Of a stretch of DNA of 36,431 nt, positions 16,907 through 25,325 are shown one piece after another. The DNA is from Dehalococcoidales bacterium (lineage in GTDB: Bacteria; Chloroflexota; Dehalococcoidia; Dehalococcoidales; RBG-16-60-22): contig DAOVRI010000001.1 in assembly GCA_030628245.1 (NCBI GenBank), forward strand, positions 1 through 36,431, given 5' to 3'. The stretch's first letter is position 1; every line of letters begins with the position of its first letter. Both the position numbers and the translations under genes were made by a program. The notes below the pieces were generated by a model, which saw nothing but the letters and a program-made list of their open reading frames with translations, searched no databases and was not told the origin of the DNA.

Positions 16907-19549
16907 ATGGTACTGAAAAAGGATAACCCCGTAAAAGCAGCCAAGGGTGAAAAAAGCGTCTGTAAAGGGCTTGGTTTCTGCTCAATATCGGGGGACGCGA
17001 ATTCCTCCGTTATTGATGTCAAAGATGGGAGAATCGTCAGGGTCAGACCGCTGCACTACGACTGGAAATATAAACCTGAAGAATTCAACCCATGGAAGAT
17101 GGAGTCACGCGGTCAGGTCTTTGAGCCAAGCATGAAATCACTGATAGGACCTTTCAGCCTGGCCTATAAGAAGCGGGCTATGTCCCTCAACAGGATTCTA
17201 CATCCGTTAAAAAGAGTCGATTGGGACCCCAACGGAGAAAGAAACACGCAGAACCGGGGCAAGAGCGGCTATGTCAGAATCTCCTGGGACGAGGCCCTGG
17301 ACATCATCGCCAGCGAGATAAAGAGGGTAAACAAGAAGTACGGGCCTTACACGATACTTGCTCAGGCGGATGGTCACGGGGAAACGAAAACCGTACACGC
17401 TCCCCACGGCTGCCAGAGAAGGCTCCTCGACCTTCTGGGGGGATATACCATACAGATGAGGAACCCGGACAGCTGGGAAGGCTGGTACTGGGGTGCCAAG
17501 CATACCTGGGGATGTGAAAATCTGGGTCAACAGTATCCTTTAACCAATGTAATCCCGGATATAGCGGATTACTCGGAGCTGGTGCTGTTCTGGGGTTGCG
17601 ACGTGGAAACCACCCCCTGGGGCTGGCAGGGCCAGCTGCCGAGTCGGCTGTGCTACTGGTTCACCGACCTGGGAATAAAGCAGGTATATATCTGCCCGGA
17701 CCTGAACTACGGAGCGGCGGTTCATGCCGATAAATGGATACCTATATGGCCCAATACCGACGCGGCTATGCGACTGGCCATCGCCCATGTCTGGCTCACC
17801 GAAGGAATCTACGATAAGGATTACGTGGCGAATCACGCCTTTGGATTTGACAAGTTTGCCGAATACGTTCTGGGTAAGGAAGACGGAGTCGCCAAGACCC
17901 CCAAATGGGCGGAGGAGAAATGCGGGGTCCCATCCCGGATTGTCAAAGCCCTGGCCAGGGATTGGGCATCAAAAAAGACATCCATAGCGCATGGCAACGG
18001 CGGTTCTTCTATCAGGGGGCCTTACTCGACAGAGCCCGCCCGGATTGAGGTCTGCCTGCTGGGCATGCAGGGACTGGGTAAGCCCGGCGCGCACTTTGTA
18101 AAAATGATTGAATGGGGCCTGTTTTTTGACCCGGGCTGGCATCCCCTGCCCCGGGCGACAGAGCTACCGGACGTAAATGCCGCCGGTCGCGGGCAGCGGG
18201 TAGGCAGTCCGGCTGTGCAGAGAGGTCTGGCGGCGGATGGTGAAAAGGAGGACATGCAATTCCCCAAGCAGTTCATACCCAAGACCCTCATTCACGATGC
18301 CATTCTTAATCCTCCCCTCACCTGGTACGGTACTACCAGTGCCGGGTTCCCGCGTGACGACCAGTTCGTTCAGTACAAGTACCCGGTAGACGGGTGCTCT
18401 GAAATACACATGATATGGTCCGATACGCCCTGTTTGCTGACGTGCTGGAATGACAGCAACAGCACCGCCAGAGCGTACCAGAGCCCTAAAATCGAGTTCA
18501 TGCTGGTGCAGCACCCCTGGATGGAGAACGACTGCCTCTTCGCCGATATCCTCCTGCCCGTCAATACCAAGTTCGAGGAAGAGGATATCGCCACCGATAA
18601 CTTCAGCGGCCAGTTCAATACCGTGATGTATGAGGACCAGTGCATAGAGCCCAGAGGCGAGTCCAAGACCGACTACGAGGTAGTCTGCATGATAGCCGAA
18701 AGGCTGGGCCTGCTGAAAGAGTACACCAGGGGCCGGTCTGTCAAGGATTGGATAGAGTTCGGCTTTGACCACTCGGAAGTAGCCCCTCTGATCAGCTACG
18801 AGGAACTCAAAGAGAAAGGCTATTATGTTGTGGCCACCGACCCGGACTGGAAGAAACACAAGCCCGGCTTGAGCGGCTTCTGTGAAGACCCGGAGAAAAA
18901 CCCCCTGAAGACCCCTTCCGGGAAGATAGAGTACTATTCCCAGTCTCTGGCGCAGCACTTCCCCGATGACGAGGAGAGGCCGCCGGTTCCTCACTGGATT
19001 GAAAAGGGTGTGAGTCACGATGAAAGCCTTTCCAGCCAGAGAGCCAGGAACTATCCCCTGCTCATAATGTCCAACCACGGCCGGTGGCGGGTGCACGCCA
19101 ACCTTGATGACATAAGCTGGTTCCACGAAATTAAAACCTGCAAGGTTATCGGGGCGGACGGCTACCACTATGAGCCCATCTGGATTCACCCGGCGGACGC
19201 TGAAAAGAGGGGTATCGCCAACGGGGACGTGGTTAAGGTATTCAACGAGAGGGGTGGGGTCCTCGTGGGCGCTTACGTGACGGAGAGAATAATGCCCGGC
19301 GTGGTATATGTCGACCACGGTGCCAGGTACGACCCGATAATCGTGGGCGAGCTTGATAGAGGCGGCGCCATTAATACCATCAGTCCGCATAATTGTACCT
19401 CCAAAAACTGCGCGGGGATGGCGACCAGCGGTTACCTGGTAGAGGTAGGGCGTACCGACCTGGACGAAATGAGGAGACAGTACCCCGAAGCCTTCAACAG
19501 GCCGTACGATAAGGCAACCGGGCAACTTATAGAGCGAGTCATGGTTTAA
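16907..19549 (+). CDS. molybdopterin (bis-MGD) oxidoreductase catalytic subunit, pyrogallol-phloroglucinol transhydroxylase (AthL) / resorcinol-hydroxylase-like
   Basis: 880 aa. There is no N-terminal 4-Cys Fe-S motif and no twin-arginine signal. DPNGERN, ISWDEALD, NPDSWEGWYWG, GFDKFAEYVLGKEDGVAKTPKWAEEKCGVP and the C-terminal molybdopterin-binding barrel (IWIHPADAEKRGIANGDVVKVFNERGGV) match my recollection of AthL. Confidence 0.8.
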   Translation: MVLKKDNPVKAAKGEKSVCKGLGFCSISGDANSSVIDVKDGRIVRVRPLHYDWKYKPEEFNPWKMESRGQVFEPSMKSLIGPFSLAYKKRAMSLNRILHPLKRVDWDPNGERNTQNRGKSGYVRISWDEALDIIASEIKRVNKKYGPYTILAQADGHGETKTVHAPHGCQRRLLDLLGGYTIQMRNPDSWEGWYWGAKHTWGCENLGQQYPLTNVIPDIADYSELVLFWGCDVETTPWGWQGQLPSRLCYWFTDLGIKQVYICPDLNYGAAVHADKWIPIWPNTDAAMRLAIAHVWLTEGIYDKDYVANHAFGFDKFAEYVLGKEDGVAKTPKWAEEKCGVPSRIVKALARDWASKKTSIAHGNGGSSIRGPYSTEPARIEVCLLGMQGLGKPGAHFVKMIEWGLFFDPGWHPLPRATELPDVNAAGRGQRVGSPAVQRGLAADGEKEDMQFPKQFIPKTLIHDAILNPPLTWYGTTSAGFPRDDQFVQYKYPVDGCSEIHMIWSDTPCLLTCWNDSNSTARAYQSPKIEFMLVQHPWMENDCLFADILLPVNTKFEEEDIATDNFSGQFNTVMYEDQCIEPRGESKTDYEVVCMIAERLGLLKEYTRGRSVKDWIEFGFDHSEVAPLISYEELKEKGYYVVATDPDWKKHKPGLSGFCEDPEKNPLKTPSGKIEYYSQSLAQHFPDDEERPPVPHWIEKGVSHDESLSSQRARNYPLLIMSNHGRWRVHANLDDISWFHEIKTCKVIGADGYHYEPIWIHPADAEKRGIANGDVVKVFNERGGVLVGAYVTERIMPGVVYVDHGARYDPIIVGELDRGGAINTISPHNCTSKNCAGMATSGYLVEVGRTDLDEMRRQYPEAFNRPYDKATGQLIERVMV

Positions 19550-19646
19550 TAGTCCCACCCATTGCCCCGAGTAAATCCGGACGATGCTTAACGAGAACGG
19601 GCAACGCCGGGCTTACTATGTCTTTTATTTACGGGGAGGATGTAGA

Positions 19647-20222
19647 GTGATATTAATTATCGGGATAACCGGGGCTTCTGGAGCGATATACGGCATCCGG
19701 CTGCTCGAGGTATTATCGTCCAATAAAGAAGTGGAAACACACCTTATCATTTCTGAAGTCGGAGAAGAAATTATAAGGCATGAGACCGATTGGGGGCTGG
19801 AGCAGGTAAGAGCCCTGGCGGATGTCTGCTACGACATCAACGATATCGGGGCCAGGCTTTCCAGCGGCTCGTTCAAGAGGGACGGCATGGTGATTGCCCC
19901 CTGCAGCATGAAGACCCTTTCGGCACTGGCGAACTCATACACGGATAACCTGATTACCCGCGCCGCCGATATCGCATTGAAAGAGAGAAAGAGGCTGGTT
20001 TTGCTGGCGAGAGAGACCCCGCTTCATCTGGGTCACCTGAGAAACATGGTAAAGCTGACGGAGATGGGCGCTATTGTCTTTCCGCCGATTCCCGCCTTTT
20101 ATCATAAACCGGAGACAATCCGGGACCTCGTCGACCACACGGTCGGTAAGGTTCTGGACGTATTTGATATCAAGCACGACCTCTTCAAAAGATGGGAGGG
20201 CCTGAACAGCGAAGATAAGTAA
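19647..20222 (+). CDS. ubiX: flavin prenyltransferase UbiX (prFMN synthase)
   Basis: The GTG at 19647 lies 7 nt after GGAGG and gives VILIIGITGASGAIYG. The APCSMKTLSALA and LKERKRLVLLARETPL motifs are also present. The longer ORF from 19584 adds an atypical N-terminus. Confidence 0.9.
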   Translation: MILIIGITGASGAIYGIRLLEVLSSNKEVETHLIISEVGEEIIRHETDWGLEQVRALADVCYDINDIGARLSSGSFKRDGMVIAPCSMKTLSALANSYTDNLITRAADIALKERKRLVLLARETPLHLGHLRNMVKLTEMGAIVFPPIPAFYHKPETIRDLVDHTVGKVLDVFDIKHDLFKRWEGLNSEDK

Positions 20223-20233
20223 GTCTACTCCTG

Positions 20234-20671
20234 TTACCTCTTAAGAAACGAGCCCAATTTTTCCAGGCGGTTCCCCCTTTTCCTGGCTACCATCGTAAAA
20301 GCCCGGGGAACATCTGCCATCAGAGACCTTGATTGTTCGGCTGCATCCGTATAAAAGTTGATAATCGTCTTTTCTATCTCCACAGCCTGTTTTAAAATAT
20401 CGGCGTAGTCCGTCCCGTCCGGTACCGCCGTCTTTAAGGTGTAGTCGTCCGGGTCGATATTAAACGCAAAACAGCCCTCAATGGCATCGGTGATAACTCC
20501 ATAGTAGGCCCTCTCAACCTGGACTACATTTTTCTTGTTCTCTCCGGCAAAAGAGAGGAAAATCTCGGCATCTTCCGCGTTTCGCTGAGCCAGATTCTCG
20601 TAGAACTCCGCCGAGTCATTTTCGAGTTTCCTGGCAAAGGTGATGCCCTCGGATGCTGTGTGTAATATCAT
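20234..20671 (-). CDS. small ferritin-like / rubrerythrin-fold four-helix protein of unknown function
   Basis: 145 aa. The helical repeat pattern (LENDSAEFYENLA, VQVERAYY, AVEIEKTIINFYTDAA) resembles ferritin-like domains, but no ExxH motifs are visible. It lies 19 nt downstream of the ALDH gene. Confidence 0.4.
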   Translation of the reverse strand: MILHTASEGITFARKLENDSAEFYENLAQRNAEDAEIFLSFAGENKKNVVQVERAYYGVITDAIEGCFAFNIDPDDYTLKTAVPDGTDYADILKQAVEIEKTIINFYTDAAEQSRSLMADVPRAFTMVARKRGNRLEKLGSFLKR

Positions 20672-20690
20672 CTATTTTTTTATTCCCTTA

Positions 20691-22184
20691 TTAAAACCAC
20701 CTTTGAATAACGACCTTGCTTTCCGTGAAGAAGCGAACCGCCTCCCGTCCCTGTGTGTGCAGCACTCCGAAGAATGAATCCTTCATGCCGCTGAACGGGA
20801 AGAAGGCCATCGGCGCGACGATACCGATGTTGATACCGACGTTGCCGCTAATAATGTTGTACTGATACTCTCTGGCGCTTTTGCCACTTGTCGTAAAGAT
20901 GGAGTCGCCATTGCCGTATGGGTTGGCATTGGCAATCTCTATCGCTTCGTTCAGGTCTTTCACCCGTATGACACTCATTACAGGGCCAAAAATTTCTTCG
21001 GAACCTATTCTCATATCCGGTGTGACGTCCTCGAAGATAGTTGGGCCAAGAAAACATGTTTCCGGATAGTCGCCCACAATCTTGATATCTTTTCTGCCAT
21101 CAAGTCTGATTTTCGCCCCCTGTTTTATACCGCTTTCTATATAACTTATGATGTTATCCTTTTTCCCCTTGTCCCGCACCGGCCCCATTTGCACCGATTC
21201 ATCAAGTCCGTAACCAATCTTTATGTTGGAGGTTTGTTCGACAACCCTGTCCATGAAACTCTTGTAGAAGGCGTCGTCTTCACCGACAATAACGGCATTG
21301 GCCGCCGATAGGCATCGCTGACCGGTATTACCGAAAAACGAAGTCATCATGGCCGTCACGGTCCTTTCTACATCGCAGTCGGGCATGATGGTCATGAAGT
21401 TCTTCGCACTAGCCTGAGCAATATACTTCTTGCCTGTCTCACCGCACTTCTTACAAATAACTTCTTTTGCTGTTGAAGTGCGCCCGACGAAGGTTATTCC
21501 CTTAACATCCGGATGCTCCAGCACGCGGCCGACAACAGCTCTTTCGCCATTGACTACGTTCCATACTCCGGGAGGGAAACCGGCTTCTTCCACTAGCTCG
21601 GCCAGTTTCATTTGACTGTTGGGGACCTCCGGCGATGGTTTTACTATCACGCAGTTGCCGGTAGCTACGGCATACGGCGCCGACCAGAGCGGAATCATAA
21701 ACGGGAAGTTGAAAGGACCTATAATACCGAAAACCCCCAGGGGTGTGGGAATTACCCACTCGTCGATGCCATGGGCAATATCCTCGGAATAATATCCCTG
21801 CATTAACGTAGGGATACCGCAGGCGACCTCCACGTTTTCGATGCCGCGCCGGGTCTCGCCCCTCGACTCATCTATGGTCTTGCCATGTTCCTGTGTCTGG
21901 ATTCTGCTGACTTCCTCAAAATTCTCTTCCAGTAACTCTTTCAATCGGTAGAGATACCTCGCCCTGGCTACCGGAGTCGTCCTCCGCCAGTCGGGGAATG
22001 CCGCTTTGGCGGCTTCCACGGCGGCATCCATTTCTTCGCCGGTCGAGATAGGTACTTTAGCAATTGTCTGGTATGTAGCGGGGTTTACCACGTCGACGAC
22101 TTCACCTTTAGATTCCACCCACTCTCCGTCGATATAATTTTTAAGGGTTCTGACCTCTTTTATTGGTTCTTCCAGAAGAGCCAT
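20691..22184 (-). CDS. mmsA: CoA-acylating methylmalonate/malonate-semialdehyde dehydrogenase family aldehyde dehydrogenase
   Basis: 497 aa. LKNYIDGEWVES...VVNPAT, GKTIDESRGETRRGIENVEVACG, catalytic GQRCLSA, and a C-terminal PMAFFPFSGMKDSFFG block characteristic of MmsA/IolA. SD GGAGGAG upstream. Confidence 0.85.
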   Translation of the reverse strand: MALLEEPIKEVRTLKNYIDGEWVESKGEVVDVVNPATYQTIAKVPISTGEEMDAAVEAAKAAFPDWRRTTPVARARYLYRLKELLEENFEEVSRIQTQEHGKTIDESRGETRRGIENVEVACGIPTLMQGYYSEDIAHGIDEWVIPTPLGVFGIIGPFNFPFMIPLWSAPYAVATGNCVIVKPSPEVPNSQMKLAELVEEAGFPPGVWNVVNGERAVVGRVLEHPDVKGITFVGRTSTAKEVICKKCGETGKKYIAQASAKNFMTIMPDCDVERTVTAMMTSFFGNTGQRCLSAANAVIVGEDDAFYKSFMDRVVEQTSNIKIGYGLDESVQMGPVRDKGKKDNIISYIESGIKQGAKIRLDGRKDIKIVGDYPETCFLGPTIFEDVTPDMRIGSEEIFGPVMSVIRVKDLNEAIEIANANPYGNGDSIFTTSGKSAREYQYNIISGNVGINIGIVAPMAFFPFSGMKDSFFGVLHTQGREAVRFFTESKVVIQRWF

Positions 22185-22327
22185 TTTTAAAAACTCCTCC
22201 TTATCAAATTTTACCTGTTCCGGGTATTAATCGCCGTATGCTACCAGTACGTATCAGGGTATATAAATCATGCCTGAATTCCCAGTTTTCCTGTCAAAGA
22301 GGGTTATGCTTACGGTCAGGCACGTTG

Positions 22328-24001
22328 TTACTCAATCGGGTCGTCTAGGGTACGGTAATATCCATCACCGAGGTCATTGGGATTGAAGGTCTCCTTAAAC
22401 TTACGCTGGTAGCGAAACGCCTCCGGTTGCGCCGCCGCCCCGAGTATGCGGTCGCGTATTTCCTTGGGGGTTGTTTTGCCATCGGTCCACCTGGCGTAAT
22501 CGTTCATTTTCTCCATACCGGGACCAAAGCCTTTTTCCATACCGTACTTGTCGGTAGCATTAAAGAATTCGAAGGTTCCTTCCGTTGATGCCTTATCAGC
22601 CGGGTCGAAATGGGTGAAGTTCTCCCAAAGGGCGTGGCCTCCGCCTCCCATACCACCTATTCCTCCCATCATGGCGTCACCACCACAGGCGACAACATTG
22701 CCCTTCTTCTCCCATTCAACCTTGAATGCCGTTGCCTGTTCAACACGCGGTGGTTCTCCAGAAGCCCCGAAGTCCGGAGTCCCTCCCAGTCCGAAACAGC
22801 CGTCATAGCCGCCTCCATAAACGAGGTTCAGATTCTTGTGCCCCAGCCTTATCATGTAAAGTAGAGACCAGTTATACAGGTCGGGTTCCAGCATCGCCTT
22901 TACCTTCCAGCCTCCGGTCTCTTCCAGTATCTTATCCAGAGCTTTGTCCTGCCATTCGATATCCCCCGGGGTCATGCCCGCCAGGACAATCTGGTAATCG
23001 CGCTTCATATCCTCGGTCATTTTCTGTACTTCCGGGTCTTTCAGCAGTTCCTCAATGTCGGAAAGCGTTTTGGTGGGGTCGGACAGTATCCTGACCATGG
23101 CACCCTTCAGGTCTCTGCCGAACATGCTGAACTGCCGGTGAGCGACGTAGCCGATTCCCGCGTCGAAAATCAGGTAACAGGAATCAGCCCACGCCTTCCA
23201 GGCCGGGAAGCCCAGGGTATATACCCTGAAGTTGTCCGGCAGCACCGCTTTGTAGGCGGGCGGCTTCCCCTCGACCGGTAGCGGGGCCGGTCCGGGCCAG
23301 GGGTAGAGTTTGATGGCGCACTTGGTGAATACGCCCATCGCCCCGTTAGTACCTATCATTCCCCGGACGAGTCCTTTCAGACTGGGTCCCGGCCCGTCAC
23401 AGCAGAACCAGCCCAACCCGGAGCCCACCGAGCCTACCCTCAGGACTTCCCCATCAGGCATGACCCATTCCACGCCGAGCAGATTCTCATTGTGATGACC
23501 CATGTAAAGGGTATCCGGTCCAAGTCCTCCCAAGGCAGTAGCACTGGCGAGGCAGGAACAGCTGGCGCCGGGCCCATGGATGTGGGTATTCAGTCCCACC
23601 TTCATCGCTTCAGCCTGAAGTGTCGCCCCGATGACATGCGGCTCAACCACGGCAAAATTGTTCTTATCATCAATCTCCAGGATTCGGTCCATCCGCCTCA
23701 TATCCAGCTGGATGGTGTCATCCTCTAAAGGAAACCCCCAGGCCGACCAGAACGTACTGGAAGGCTTAAATTTTACCCTGTATTTGTTGCATAATTTGAC
23801 GATGCCCTGGACCTCTTCGGCGCTTCCCGGCAGCAGGACAGCCGCCCCCCTGGGCGTGTATACCCGGTAATAGGGGCCGATGTGAATGGCGGTATGAGAC
23901 AGCGGGTACCGGTAACAATCCAATAATGCCGGGTCGTCGGATATGTTCTCCTTGCCCACAATTCCTTCTAGTTCCCGATAGGCTTCTCTCGATAGTGCCA
24001 T
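22328..24001 (-). CDS. FAD-linked oxidase family protein, subunit 3 of trio 2 (paralog of 11711-13189)
   Basis: 557 aa. YRELEGIVGKENISDDP and LLGVEWVMPDGEVLRVGS are collinear with the 492-aa paralog. It carries an extra Gly/Met-rich segment, GGDAMMGGIGGMGGGGH. Confidence 0.8.
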   Translation of the reverse strand: MALSREAYRELEGIVGKENISDDPALLDCYRYPLSHTAIHIGPYYRVYTPRGAAVLLPGSAEEVQGIVKLCNKYRVKFKPSSTFWSAWGFPLEDDTIQLDMRRMDRILEIDDKNNFAVVEPHVIGATLQAEAMKVGLNTHIHGPGASCSCLASATALGGLGPDTLYMGHHNENLLGVEWVMPDGEVLRVGSVGSGLGWFCCDGPGPSLKGLVRGMIGTNGAMGVFTKCAIKLYPWPGPAPLPVEGKPPAYKAVLPDNFRVYTLGFPAWKAWADSCYLIFDAGIGYVAHRQFSMFGRDLKGAMVRILSDPTKTLSDIEELLKDPEVQKMTEDMKRDYQIVLAGMTPGDIEWQDKALDKILEETGGWKVKAMLEPDLYNWSLLYMIRLGHKNLNLVYGGGYDGCFGLGGTPDFGASGEPPRVEQATAFKVEWEKKGNVVACGGDAMMGGIGGMGGGGHALWENFTHFDPADKASTEGTFEFFNATDKYGMEKGFGPGMEKMNDYARWTDGKTTPKEIRDRILGAAAQPEAFRYQRKFKETFNPNDLGDGYYRTLDDPIE

Positions 24002-24019
24002 GTCTCAATCCTTCCGTTG

Positions 24020-25291
24020 TTATATTGCCTGTTTGACGAGGTCGGTAACATCAAAGACCTTCAATTTTTCGCCAGCGGCATTAATGGCATCGATAAAGTT
24101 CCGCTCACACCACGGGCAGGCGCTCACTATTGCCTCAGCGCCGGTGGACTTCGCCTCCTCAATCCTTTCCGTAGCCGTCCAGCTGGAAAAGTCAGGGTAG
24201 GCTTCTTTTACCCCACCCCCGGCGCCACAGCACCAGGCATACTCCCTGATTCTCTCCATCTCCACCAGTTCCAGACCGGGGATACTCTTAAGCACGTCTC
24301 TCGGCGGGTCATAGACACCCCAGGCCCCGTTGTACCTCGGCCTTCTCGGCTCATAGACCACTATTTGATTCTTGACTTTCTTCTCTTTGCCTTCCCAGGG
24401 TACATAGGGCTCTCCCTGACGGCCCAGATGACAGGGGTCGTGGTAGGTAACGCGCATGGGTATAGTTTTGCTGAACTTAATCTTGCCTTCCTTAATCAGG
24501 CGGTCGAAATACTGCACGGTATGGAGAATCTCGAACTTCGCTCCCAGGGGAGGATAAAGGCGTGAAAAGGCGCGAAAGCAATCGGCGCAGGGGGTTACCA
24601 CCGTCTTGACACCGGCCGCAGTCCAGGCCTTGATAGTATTCTCCGCAAGCCTGGTGAATTCTTCTTTATAGCCCATGTCATAGGCTCTGCCGCCGCAACA
24701 GGACTCGTCTACCCCCATGATGCCGATATCAACGCCGGCATTTTTAAGAAGGGTTACGGCCGACCTGGCTGTTTCCTGCAGTTCTTCATCGTAGCTGAAC
24801 CGGCAGCCGGCATAGAAGAGCACTTCCGCCGACTCACCGGGGATACGCTTGACGTCCAGGCCTTCAGCCCAATCGCCGCGGTTGGCTCCGGATTTCATCA
24901 TCATGTTGTTTTCTTTACCGAGATGCTCGATAACAGCGGTAAGCTGCGGCAGCACCTGACCATCCTCAACCAGCCTGAATTTTAACTCATGTATCATCTC
25001 CAGCGGTTCCAAGTTGTAGCGGCAAATCTTATCGGAAACGTCACAGGACCCGCAGGTCGTGCATTTATAAACTATATCCACCACCCTATCGGAATAAGTG
25101 CTCTGGCCGTTCAGGAGCGACAGGGCGACAGCGTACCTGCCGCGCGCGGAGTAACTCAGGAAGTTATTATAGGCAATACTGGGACATCCCTTGGCAAACC
25201 TCCAGCTCTTTACCTGGTCAAATGGAATCCACTTGCAGTACGAGCACTGGCTGCACCTCTCCATATCAACTTTATAGTCTTCTAGCGCCAA
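24020..25291 (-). CDS. (Fe-S)-binding protein, GlcF/HdrD-like, both CCG domains intact (paralog of 10427-11689)
   Basis: 423 aa with a TTG start. CSQCSYC...CP and CTTCGSC motifs. CCG domain 1 reads AGCRF, SCCGG, TPCADC. CCG domain 2 reads YHDPCHLGR, WCCGAGGG, SACPWC. Confidence 0.85.
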   Translation of the reverse strand: MALEDYKVDMERCSQCSYCKWIPFDQVKSWRFAKGCPSIAYNNFLSYSARGRYAVALSLLNGQSTYSDRVVDIVYKCTTCGSCDVSDKICRYNLEPLEMIHELKFRLVEDGQVLPQLTAVIEHLGKENNMMMKSGANRGDWAEGLDVKRIPGESAEVLFYAGCRFSYDEELQETARSAVTLLKNAGVDIGIMGVDESCCGGRAYDMGYKEEFTRLAENTIKAWTAAGVKTVVTPCADCFRAFSRLYPPLGAKFEILHTVQYFDRLIKEGKIKFSKTIPMRVTYHDPCHLGRQGEPYVPWEGKEKKVKNQIVVYEPRRPRYNGAWGVYDPPRDVLKSIPGLELVEMERIREYAWCCGAGGGVKEAYPDFSSWTATERIEEAKSTGAEAIVSACPWCERNFIDAINAAGEKLKVFDVTDLVKQAI

Positions 25292-25325
25292 TTTCTGATG
25301 CCTTCTTTCTTTGTTTTTCTTGCGC

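Noticed and set aside
16907-17000. Looked for a twin-arginine signal or an in-frame TGA (selenocysteine) in the Mo enzyme
   Set aside because: The N-terminus has no RR motif or hydrophobic h-region, and the 880-codon frame is uninterrupted. I therefore call it cytoplasmic and Sec-free.
18164-19558. 464-aa ORF on the minus strand
   Set aside because: It is entirely antisense to the well-supported Mo-enzyme gene. The composition is low-complexity (Gly/Val/Pro/Arg-rich), it has no SD, and it is a typical shadow frame of a GC3-rich gene.
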